This document shows positions 25,249-32,000 of a stretch of DNA of 32,000 nucleotides, in pieces. The DNA comes from Candidatus Nanogingivalaceae bacterium (GTDB taxonomy: Bacteria; Patescibacteriota; Saccharimonadia; Saccharimonadales; Saccharimonadaceae), in NCBI GenBank assembly GCA_015257795.3, contig CP072208.2, forward strand, positions 540,001 through 572,000, given 5' to 3'. The number at the start of each line of letters is the position of its first letter. Position 1 is the stretch's first letter. A program made the translations under genes and the position numbers. The notes under the pieces are model-generated. The model ran no database searches. It was not told where the DNA came from and saw only the letters and a program-made list of their open reading frames with translations.

Positions 25249-26505
25249 CTACTCCTTAAATTGGCGTTTTTTATTTCGATAAACTCGGTAATTTACAAAA
25301 ATCATCGGTAGAACTAAGATTCCCGAAATAAATACTATTATTCGTAATGCAGTTTCGCCGGTTGGATCAACGCTGCTTGTATTTGCAAATATCCAAAAAA
25401 GCAACAAGACGCCCAAAACTGATGCTAGGTCCACTCCTGCTCCATAGATACACAGATATTGTGTTCGCATCCCAGATTCATCAGCCTCCCCATAGAGACC
25501 TTTTGAGTTAGCCATATCGAAACCGCTTGAAGATATACCGCCTAATATCTCAGAAAATCCAATAAAAGTCGGGTTTGAGCCAAGAAAAACTCTTAAAGAA
25601 TGGACCATCCCCATCAATAAAGAGCTAATCTTTAAAAGCCCACCTTCCTTATTTCTATCTATAATTTTTCCATAAGTAAATGCCGCTACAAACGCAGAAA
25701 TCGAAGCGATTGAGGCCAGGATTCCAGCTGAACCATAGGTGTTTACTCCTTTTAGAATAAAAACCGACGCAAGAAAACTCCAGGTAGTAGTTGAAAGTGC
25801 AGCCATTCCAGTACTAAGGCAAATAATACTTAAGTGTTTATAATTTCGCCAAGGGAAGCCTCGAAAACTCACTTTTTGATTTACCTTAATCGGCTCTCTG
25901 GTTACCAGCAATGGAATAATTGTTAATACTAAAATCACCGAAGAAACAATAAATAGTTTGTCTAGACCAAAAAAAATCGCAAAAAAAGCACCCGCAGCCG
26001 GAGTGATACCACTCACCAACTGCTCTAGGATGTTAGCAATTCCAAGCTGACCACCCACTTTTTTAGCATTCTTAACTTTCGAAAAATTTACATGATAAGA
26101 GACTCCAGATATAGCACCTGATAAACCTCTAAAAACAGCTCCGATTAAGGCAATTATTAGGCCGAATTCTTTATTGAAGCCTCCTATTGAAGCCATTAAG
26201 ATTAAAACTGGAATGTATAAAATATTCCCCAGCAACATCCCATGCTTTGGCCCATTTTTTGAAATGTACAAGAAAGACACCATTGAACCAACAAACTTTG
26301 CAGTAAAATACACGAGTAGATAAGCTAAAACCGCCCGAATAGAATAACCCAAGTTGTAAAGATAAATTAAATTAAAGGCACTCGTCAATTTAATCGCAAA
26401 AAGTCGCATATTTTTCGAAAGATATAAAACAGCGACTTCATCAAAAGAGATATTTCGCCAATAGCTTCGAATTTTCAAGATTGGTCTTAACGTTTTTTTA
26501 AGCAT
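25249..26505 (-). CDS. MFS-type transporter
   Basis: 418 aa with about 12 predicted TM helices and the overall MFS pattern. I cannot infer a substrate. Confidence 0.65.
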   Translation of the reverse strand: MLKKTLRPILKIRSYWRNISFDEVAVLYLSKNMRLFAIKLTSAFNLIYLYNLGYSIRAVLAYLLVYFTAKFVGSMVSFLYISKNGPKHGMLLGNILYIPVLILMASIGGFNKEFGLIIALIGAVFRGLSGAISGVSYHVNFSKVKNAKKVGGQLGIANILEQLVSGITPAAGAFFAIFFGLDKLFIVSSVILVLTIIPLLVTREPIKVNQKVSFRGFPWRNYKHLSIICLSTGMAALSTTTWSFLASVFILKGVNTYGSAGILASIASISAFVAAFTYGKIIDRNKEGGLLKISSLLMGMVHSLRVFLGSNPTFIGFSEILGGISSSGFDMANSKGLYGEADESGMRTQYLCIYGAGVDLASVLGVLLLFWIFANTSSVDPTGETALRIIVFISGILVLPMIFVNYRVYRNKKRQFKE

Positions 26506-26589
26506 AAGCTATTATATTTTAACATATTTTAAGTATTTTAAAAAGCTTAAGACCTTTATTTTAAGGCTTGAAAGTGATAAAATTAAGTT

Positions 26590-27885
26590 ATGAATATTTA
26601 TTTTTCTGGAATTGGTGGCGTTGGAATTGGCGCCCTTGCAAGTATTGCTCACAGTGCTGGGTATAAGGTTTTTGGTAGTGATCAAAATTCAAGTTTAATG
26701 ACCGAAGAACTTCTAAAAAAAGACGTCGAGATTGAAATCGGTAAGCAAGATGGCAGCTTTTTAAAAAGTAAGTTTATTAATGATAGCGTAGATTGGTTTG
26801 TATACACTGCAGCTCTACCTAAAGACCACCCAGAACTTAAGACTGCTCAAGAATTAGGAATTAAAATTACAAAGCGAGACGAGCTTTTGAATGAAATTAT
26901 AACTTCCAAAAACCTTAAGCTTATTGCAATTTCAGGAACTCATGGAAAAACTACCACAACAGGAATGGCAATTTGGGCCTTTAAACAGCTAAATATTCCC
27001 GTTAGCTGGTCAATTGGTACAACTATTTCTTTTGGTGAAAGTGGCTTTTTTGACCCAAAGAGTGAATACTTTATTTATGAAGCAGATGAATTTGATCGGA
27101 ATTTTCTTCATTTTACACCGGCGGTTAGTTTGATAACATCAATCGATCATGATCATACCGATATCTACAAAACTGAGCAGGATTATTTTGATGCTTTTAC
27201 AGAATTTGGTGCTCAGAGCGATTTTATCATTTCTTGGAAAGACCAACATCCAGAAATTTTCGAAAAGTTCAACAATAAAGTAATTCTATCTAAACCTGAA
27301 GAAAAACTAAAAATTCCTGGCCTTCATAATCGCAAGAATGCAAGTCTTGTTCTTGAAACCATCGATTATCTTGTCGAAGCTCAAGATCTACAAGCTCCAG
27401 AAGATTTTTATGAAAAAACTATAGCCGCATTGAATAACTTTCCAGGAACAAATCGCCGTTTCGAAAAAATAACCGAAAATATTTATTCAGATTACGGACA
27501 TCACCCAAAAGAAATTCAAGCAACGCTTCAATTAGCAAACGAGGTAGCAAAAAATAACGGTTTTTCTGGAATTTCTCTGATCTATCAGCCCCATCAAAAC
27601 GTTCGCCAAGTTGAGGTGCAAGATGAATATACGCCAGAAATTTTCAAGTACGCAGATGAAATTATTTGGTTGCCAACATATTTAAGCCGTGAAAATCCTA
27701 ATTTTGAGATTCTCTCACCTGAATTTCTATCTAGAAAAGTATATGAAAAAACAATCGTTATGGATCTTGCAAAAAATGATTCACAATTATTAGAAAAAAT
27801 CAATGAACTTAAAGATGAAAATCGACTAATTCTAGCTATGAGCGCCGGCTCTCTTGATGGCTGGATTCGAAAAAGATTAAAATAA
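26590..27885 (+). CDS. murC: Mur ligase, MurC-like (UDP-N-acetylmuramate--L-alanine ligase or Mpl-type)
   Basis: N-terminal Rossmann FSGIGGVGIGALASIA..G..VFGSD and P-loop ISGTHGKTTTTGM. TGaTAAAAT (26575-26583) ends 6 nt before the ATG. Confidence 0.75.
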   Translation: MNIYFSGIGGVGIGALASIAHSAGYKVFGSDQNSSLMTEELLKKDVEIEIGKQDGSFLKSKFINDSVDWFVYTAALPKDHPELKTAQELGIKITKRDELLNEIITSKNLKLIAISGTHGKTTTTGMAIWAFKQLNIPVSWSIGTTISFGESGFFDPKSEYFIYEADEFDRNFLHFTPAVSLITSIDHDHTDIYKTEQDYFDAFTEFGAQSDFIISWKDQHPEIFEKFNNKVILSKPEEKLKIPGLHNRKNASLVLETIDYLVEAQDLQAPEDFYEKTIAALNNFPGTNRRFEKITENIYSDYGHHPKEIQATLQLANEVAKNNGFSGISLIYQPHQNVRQVEVQDEYTPEIFKYADEIIWLPTYLSRENPNFEILSPEFLSRKVYEKTIVMDLAKNDSQLLEKINELKDENRLILAMSAGSLDGWIRKRLK

Positions 27886-27894
27886 AATTACATT

Positions 27895-27920
27895 CCCGCA
27901 AAAAGCGGGTTTATTTTTTA
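27895..27920 (+). terminator. murC-like gene terminator (weak)
   Basis: CCCGC (27895-27899) pairs with GCGGG (27905-27909) around an A5 loop, then TTTATTTTTT. Confidence 0.5.
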
Positions 27921-27947
27921 ATAAAAATAAAAGCGGTAGAACCGCTT
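27921..27947 (-). terminator. terminator of the orphan gene
   Basis: AAGCGGT (27931-27937) pairs with ACCGCTT (27941-27947). On the minus strand TTATTTTTAT follows. Confidence 0.5.
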
Positions 27948-28014
27948 AAGTATCAAACTGGTGCTAAAAATCAAGATTTTTTAGAATATTCTCAACCCTT
28001 TTCCTGATATCGCC

Positions 28015-28494
28015 CTAAACTATTGATGGGCTGCCCGAAAGCTTGTTGGCAACTATTTTCACAGATTTCTCTAAGGTTAAAGCGAGATTATTAAACAAAC
28101 AAAGTGAGTAAATGTTTAAATATAAATCTGAAGAATAGTCAAAGAGTGAAATTAATTCATGCCATGCTTCCCTTATCAATCCCGAAACATCATCGTATTT
28201 GAATTCATTTCTGGAAGATATTTGAACAATTTCAATAGATAAATCAAGAACTCTTTTTGCGCAAAAATTTAAACGCGTTACTTCATTGATGATTAGAGAT
28301 TCATTTTTTATAAAATTAATTTTTAAGCTTTCTACACCCATACTATGCATGTAAAGATCGGGATCAAGATTAAGCTCATTCATGATTTCTGAAAGTTTTT
28401 TAAATGCACCTAGCCATTCATCAACAGTATGTCTCTCGGACGCAAAAATAATTTTGTCTAAATAATTTATTGTAAAATCTTCGTTTCTAATCAT
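28015..28494 (-). CDS. hypothetical all-alpha protein (159 aa), no recognisable family
   Basis: The tracked ORF runs to 28524, but that ATG lies inside a TGaTATTAT box. SD GAGAGGA (28507-28501) sits 6 nt before ATG 28494 (MIRNEDF...). The gene has its own promoter and terminator. Confidence 0.55.
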   Translation of the reverse strand: MIRNEDFTINYLDKIIFASERHTVDEWLGAFKKLSEIMNELNLDPDLYMHSMGVESLKINFIKNESLIINEVTRLNFCAKRVLDLSIEIVQISSRNEFKYDDVSGLIREAWHELISLFDYSSDLYLNIYSLCLFNNLALTLEKSVKIVANKLSGSPSIV

Positions 28495-28590
28495 TATTTT
28501 TCCTCTCACTTTATATAATATCATAAAATAGACTAAAGCGGTATAAACTAAGTTAACTTTCTGCCTCTACTCCGAGTTTTGCTCAACAAT

Positions 28591-28611
28591 AAAAAAACGC
28601 GCTGGCGCGCG
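28591..28611 (-). terminator. tRNA-Leu terminator
   Basis: Minus strand: CGCGC-GCCA-GCGCG hairpin (28611-28598) followed by T7. Confidence 0.55.
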
Positions 28612-28634
28612 AATATTTTTCAAAAAGTCTGGTA

Positions 28635-28721
28635 TGGTGCGCACGAGAAGACTTGAACTTCCACGAGCCGAAGCTCACTAGCCCCTCAAGCTAGCGCGTC
28701 TACCAATTCCGCCACGCGCGC
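28635..28721 (-). tRNA. tRNA-Leu (anticodon GAG), long variable arm, CCA encoded
   Basis: The reverse complement reads GCGCGCGTGGCGGAATTGGTAGACGC ... CTAGC-TTGAGGG-GCTAG ... variable stem GAGC-TTCG-GCTC ... TTCAAGT ... CGTGCGCACCA. TGaTATAAT (28742-28734) lies upstream. Confidence 0.88.
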
Positions 28722-28745
28722 AAAACCAGTCTTATTATATCAAAA

Positions 28746-30593
28746 TTAAGGAGTCTTGTAAAGAGTTTCCTTTTTAGCAGACCAATAGATTACATCCGAA
28801 TATCTATCAGTATCTGTTACAAATTTATTTTCAGCTGAATAAGGCTGAACTGACTTTCTAAATACATAACTAACTTTTGTTTGACCGAGGCCAATTGCAG
28901 CAGAACTGTTAATCCAGCGTCGAGTAAACTTTGTTAGCTGTGTCTTCTTGTCATCGAAAGTTCGTGCAGTACGAGCATTCAACAATAAATCATCCGAGAT
29001 AGCGTCACTATAGTTTGAAAAATTTAAGCCCTTTTGACTAGCTTGCGAAGAATGCCAAAAAGGATAAATATCGGAGTCTGCACCCATGTCAATCTCATAA
29101 ATTAAAATTCCATAATTTCTTGGTTGAAGAATCGTTTGAACAAAAGTGCCAAGCTTATCGTCTTTATCAATAATCGTACTATTCACATCAAAACCAAGCT
29201 TTTTCAACTGAGACGCGATTTCTTCTGCAGATTTTTTATAATTATAAACACTCGTCGTCGCAATATTAATAGTTGCCTTTTGACCATCTTTTTCACGAAT
29301 ACCTTTTGAATTTTTCATCCAGCCAGTTTCATCCAACATTTTCTCAGCTTGTGAAAAATTATATTCAGGAACGGAAAGCCAATTGGTATTTATAAACTTA
29401 TTTAATGTCGGGTAATCCAAATTATTGATATATTCCATCTTACTATGAATTTTATTCATATCTAAACCAGTCTGGATCGCTTTTCGAACCTTTGCATCCT
29501 TTAAAATTGGATCTGAGTTATTCAAAAAAGCATAAATTCCACGATTAACACTAGTTTCATATGACTTCAACCCTACTTGTTCAGAACTACTAAAATCGTT
29601 AATTTTAACATTAGGTGAAGCTACAATTTCACCAGAAACTAGCGCTTTCTTTAGTTTGGCTTCATCTTGAAAAGCAACAATATCAAAATTATCAATATAT
29701 GGTTCACCCTTATAGTAATTTTTATTTTTTACTAATGAAACTGTAGTTTTATTAGTATTGCTATTAGTTTGCACTCCTTTAAAATTAAAGGGGCCTGAAG
29801 TTACTGGATTATTAGAGAACGAACTCTCACGAATTTTATCTGTAGAAACATCTTTTAAAACATGTTCAGGAAGAATTGAAAAATTGAAACCATATAAAAC
29901 TGATGATGAATTTGAAGGAACTTTAAATTTAACCTCATAATCACCTGATTTTGAAGCCTCTACATTTTTCCAAACTTTATATGCAGATGGGTTTAAATTT
30001 TGGTCTTTTAATTTTTTTATAGTAAAAATAACATCGTCTGCAGTAATTTTTTGTCCATCAGACCAAGTAGCATTTTTACGCATTTTTATAGTGAAATTGC
30101 GATAATTATCACTAGTTTCAACACTTTCCGCCAAATCTCCTTTCAGCGAGCCATCACTATCTATACTATACAATCTAGAAAAAGCAAGCCGCTCGAAAGA
30201 TTTTTCTGCATCAGTTGTAGCAAAAATTGGATTTAAAGTTTTAATTTCACTCAAAAACCCTTCCGAATACGTCCCACCCCTAAAAAAAACCTCTTCAGAA
30301 AAATTACGATCACTCAACCATCTAAATAAACCAATTGACGAAATCAATAGAGCCATCACACAAATCCAAACAACAATTAGTTTTCGAACGTTTGAGAGGT
30401 TTTCGAAGCGTCCAAAGAATAGCTTCTTGGTATGCGAAATAACAGCTTTCTCAGCAATATCAGCCTTCTCTAAAAAAGACAGTTTTTTACTATCTATAGC
30501 CTGAATTGAACGAACTTTCGAAACTTTGCCTCTATTTTTTTGAGACATATTAGAAACTCGCTTAACTTTTTTTGGGTTTTTTTTAAAATCCAT
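28746..30593 (-). CDS. ABC-transporter family-5 (peptide/nickel type) substrate-binding protein, TM-anchored
   Basis: 615 aa with a basic cytoplasmic leader of about 70 aa, one TM helix (LIVVWICVMALLISSIGLF) and an SBP_bac_5-like body (ATWSDGQKITADDVIFT ...). No permease or ATPase genes are adjacent. Confidence 0.75.
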   Translation of the reverse strand: MDFKKNPKKVKRVSNMSQKNRGKVSKVRSIQAIDSKKLSFLEKADIAEKAVISHTKKLFFGRFENLSNVRKLIVVWICVMALLISSIGLFRWLSDRNFSEEVFFRGGTYSEGFLSEIKTLNPIFATTDAEKSFERLAFSRLYSIDSDGSLKGDLAESVETSDNYRNFTIKMRKNATWSDGQKITADDVIFTIKKLKDQNLNPSAYKVWKNVEASKSGDYEVKFKVPSNSSSVLYGFNFSILPEHVLKDVSTDKIRESSFSNNPVTSGPFNFKGVQTNSNTNKTTVSLVKNKNYYKGEPYIDNFDIVAFQDEAKLKKALVSGEIVASPNVKINDFSSSEQVGLKSYETSVNRGIYAFLNNSDPILKDAKVRKAIQTGLDMNKIHSKMEYINNLDYPTLNKFINTNWLSVPEYNFSQAEKMLDETGWMKNSKGIREKDGQKATINIATTSVYNYKKSAEEIASQLKKLGFDVNSTIIDKDDKLGTFVQTILQPRNYGILIYEIDMGADSDIYPFWHSSQASQKGLNFSNYSDAISDDLLLNARTARTFDDKKTQLTKFTRRWINSSAAIGLGQTKVSYVFRKSVQPYSAENKFVTDTDRYSDVIYWSAKKETLYKTP

Positions 30594-30600
30594 AAAACCC

Positions 30601-30828
30601 CTATTTAGGCAAAAGTAAAATTGTAAGAATTGATGCTACAAATATAAATGCAAAAAATATCGTAGCTCTAAAAATACTTTTCTCTACCCCGCGTCGCTCT
30701 GTGTACAATTCACCGGAAGCACCAAAGCCAGCACCAAGGGTCGCACCACGCTGTTGAAGTAAAATTAAAAGCATTGTCAAAATACCCGAAATTACGGTCG
30801 CAAATTGCAAAATAACATTAATATTCAT
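30601..30828 (-). CDS. secG: preprotein translocase subunit SecG
   Basis: 75 aa with two TM helices and the LLQQRGATLGAGFG signature. Confidence 0.85.
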   Translation of the reverse strand: MNINVILQFATVISGILTMLLILLQQRGATLGAGFGASGELYTERRGVEKSIFRATIFFAFIFVASILTILLLPK

Positions 30829-31199
30829 TACAAAGTCTCCTTTTCTTTATCAATACCAAAAAATTGGCTTAAACTATAATTCAACAAACTCATCGCCGCA
30901 CCAACTATAACAGAATTCCAAAATCCCATAGAAATATTTGGCGCCAAAATCATTGAAATCCACACAATTAAGCCATTTACAATTAATGTAAAGAAGCCAA
31001 AGGTTACAATAATCATTGGCAATGATAAGATTGTAAGAATAGTTTTTAGCGAACTATTAACAACCGAAAAAATCAGACCGGCTAAAAAGAAAGTTCCTGC
31101 ACTATGGTTACTGACATTTCCAAAAATTGAAACTAAAATCCATAGCAAAAAACTATTCAAAAACCACCGATTTATAAATGTTATCAATTGATCTTTCAC
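30828..31199 (-). CDS. DUF360 / phage-holin-4 superfamily membrane protein
   Basis: 123 aa with four TM helices. LSLPMIIVTFGFFTLIVNGLIVW and GFWNSVIVGAAMSLLN match the YvlD/DUF360 pattern. GTG start. Its stop overlaps the secG start. Confidence 0.6.
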   Translation of the reverse strand: MKDQLITFINRWFLNSFLLWILVSIFGNVSNHSAGTFFLAGLIFSVVNSSLKTILTILSLPMIIVTFGFFTLIVNGLIVWISMILAPNISMGFWNSVIVGAAMSLLNYSLSQFFGIDKEKETL

Positions 31200-31256
31200 A
31201 TTACCATTTTAACATATTTCAACAATAAAAAAAACACCTTTTGGTGATTTTTAAAT

Positions 31257-31333
31257 TGGTGGGTCTGATGGGGTTCGAACCCATGACACCCTGCTTAAAA
31301 GGCAGGTGCTCTAACCAGCTGAGCTACAGACCC
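31257..31333 (-). tRNA. tRNA-Lys (anticodon UUU), CCA encoded
   Basis: The reverse complement reads GGGTCTGTAGCTCAGCTGGTTAGAGCA-CCTGC-CTTTTAA-GCAGG ... TTCGAAC ... CAGACCCACCA. Confidence 0.9.
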
Positions 31334-31378
31334 GTGCACTAACTGTATTTAAGAGTATATCTTATTTATCAATAAAAG

Positions 31379-31843
31379 TCAAGACTTTTTCTCGTTTTTC
31401 TTAAATTTAACTGGCGCAATACTCAAAATTGAAAGCACAACGCCAGCCAATATCACCCAGTTCATCCAATAGCCTAAAAAGATAGCTATATTTTTAGACA
31501 TATTATCTAAAACAAAAACTTTTTCAAAATATGGTAACAACAATAAAAATGCAAAAAATGCAGAAAATGCAGAAGAAATAACCCTAATAATCCAATTTTC
31601 TTGCTTTGGGTTTTTTGTCAAAATTAATAAAGCTGGTGCTAAAATCAAGACAATCCCAACAATTCCACTTAGTGTTAATTCTGGAATTGTTAAATTTGAA
31701 GTTGTCAAAAAATTCGTAATTTCTTTATTCCAGTATTTATTAAGCACAACCCCAGATAAAACTACTAAGTTGAAATATCCCATTTTTCGTTGCGAAAGTG
31801 TCAAAAAAACAATCAAAATCGCAATAAATATTATTGTTATCAT
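31379..31843 (-). CDS. hypothetical integral membrane protein (154 aa, 4-5 TM)
   Basis: Hydrophobic helices run throughout. TATAAT (31856-31851) ends 7 nt before the ATG. I recognise no family. Confidence 0.5.
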   Translation of the reverse strand: MITIIFIAILIVFLTLSQRKMGYFNLVVLSGVVLNKYWNKEITNFLTTSNLTIPELTLSGIVGIVLILAPALLILTKNPKQENWIIRVISSAFSAFFAFLLLLPYFEKVFVLDNMSKNIAIFLGYWMNWVILAGVVLSILSIAPVKFKKNEKKS

Positions 31844-31872
31844 AATTAATATTATACTCTATTTTTCAATTT

Positions 31873-32000
31873 TCAAAACAATGACTTTTTAGATTTTTTA
31901 AATTCTTTAAGAAGTTCTTTTTGCTTCTTCGAAAGTCGTGTTGGAGTTTCAACAATAATCGTTACAATGTGCGCACCACGTTTATCATTTCGAAGATATG
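31873..32000 (-). CDS. dnaJ: chaperone DnaJ, C-terminal 41 codons (gene continues beyond the window)
   Basis: Not in the ORF track. My translation of the minus frame from 31998 is YLRNDKRGAHIVTIIVETPTRLSKKQKELLKEFKKSKKSLF*, the typical DnaJ C-terminal beta-strand plus the L-x-x-Q-K-E-L-L-x-E-F tail. TGA stop at 31875-31873. Confidence 0.7.
   Translation of the reverse strand, partial: YLRNDKRGAHIVTIIVETPTRLSKKQKELLKEFKKSKKSLF

Noticed and set aside
28015-28494. HEPN-like RNase motif in the orphan protein (LIREAWHEL).
   Set aside because: The spacing is R-x3-H, not the canonical R-x4-6-H, and I have no other support. It is not called.
27950-28721. Possible integrated islet at tRNA-Leu, with a direct repeat of the tRNA 3' end at its far side.
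   Set aside because: Only a 6-nt match (TGGTGC at about 27961 versus the tRNA 3' end at 28635-28640) is present. There is no integrase, and the insert would hold a single small gene. The evidence is insufficient.
1-32000. Alternative genetic code (UGA recoded as in SR1/Gracilibacteria), CRISPR arrays, IS elements or transposases, and rRNA genes.
   Set aside because: TGA terminates conserved proteins at their expected ends (tsaE, murT, dnaJ), and full-length ORFs are obtained with the standard code. I saw no spaced direct repeats, inverted-repeat-flanked transposase ORFs or rRNA-like segments.

Overview
AT-rich (about 35-37% GC by eye), roughly 90% coding. It reads as core housekeeping DNA of a reduced-genome bacterium with a Gram-positive-type envelope. 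The most plausible source is a Patescibacteria/CPR lineage such as Saccharibacteria. That is an inference from gene content: MurT/GatD, an LtaS-like enzyme, sortase, ComEC, an orphan carbamate kinase and a half-size TsaB. The standard genetic code applies and TGA is used as a stop. I call 31 protein genes: a DUF3800-like fragment, trxB, an FKBP isomerase, pheT, pheS, an aquaporin, rmuC, greA, an ltaS-like gene, a UPF0200-like kinase, argS, a P-type ATPase, a KH protein, trmD, arcC, pyk, sortase, gatD, murT, tsaB, tsaE, comEC, an MFS transporter, a murC-like ligase, an orphan helical protein, a family-5 substrate-binding protein, secG, a DUF360/holin-4 family protein, two small membrane proteins and a dnaJ 3' fragment missing from the ORF track. 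There are five tRNAs (Pro-UGG, Glu-UUC, Gln-UUG, Leu-GAG, Lys-UUU), all with encoded CCA. Hairpin terminators and near-consensus TTGAtt-17-TGnTAWAAT promoters are frequent. I saw no CRISPR array, IS element, integrase, rRNA or obvious defence island. Four signals stand out. (1) The palindrome TTCGAA/TTTCGAAA is massively over-represented across genes, strands and reading frames, resembling a highly iterated palindrome. (2) About a dozen genes have an extended -10 box ending 5-10 nt before the start codon with no SD, implying leaderless mRNAs alongside SD-led genes. (3) About 90 in-frame codons encoding a typical ComEC N-terminus contain no ATG, GTG or TTG. (4) A roughly 150-nt structured, terminator-ended segment lies between the KH gene and trmD. 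All counts were made by eye and need computational confirmation.
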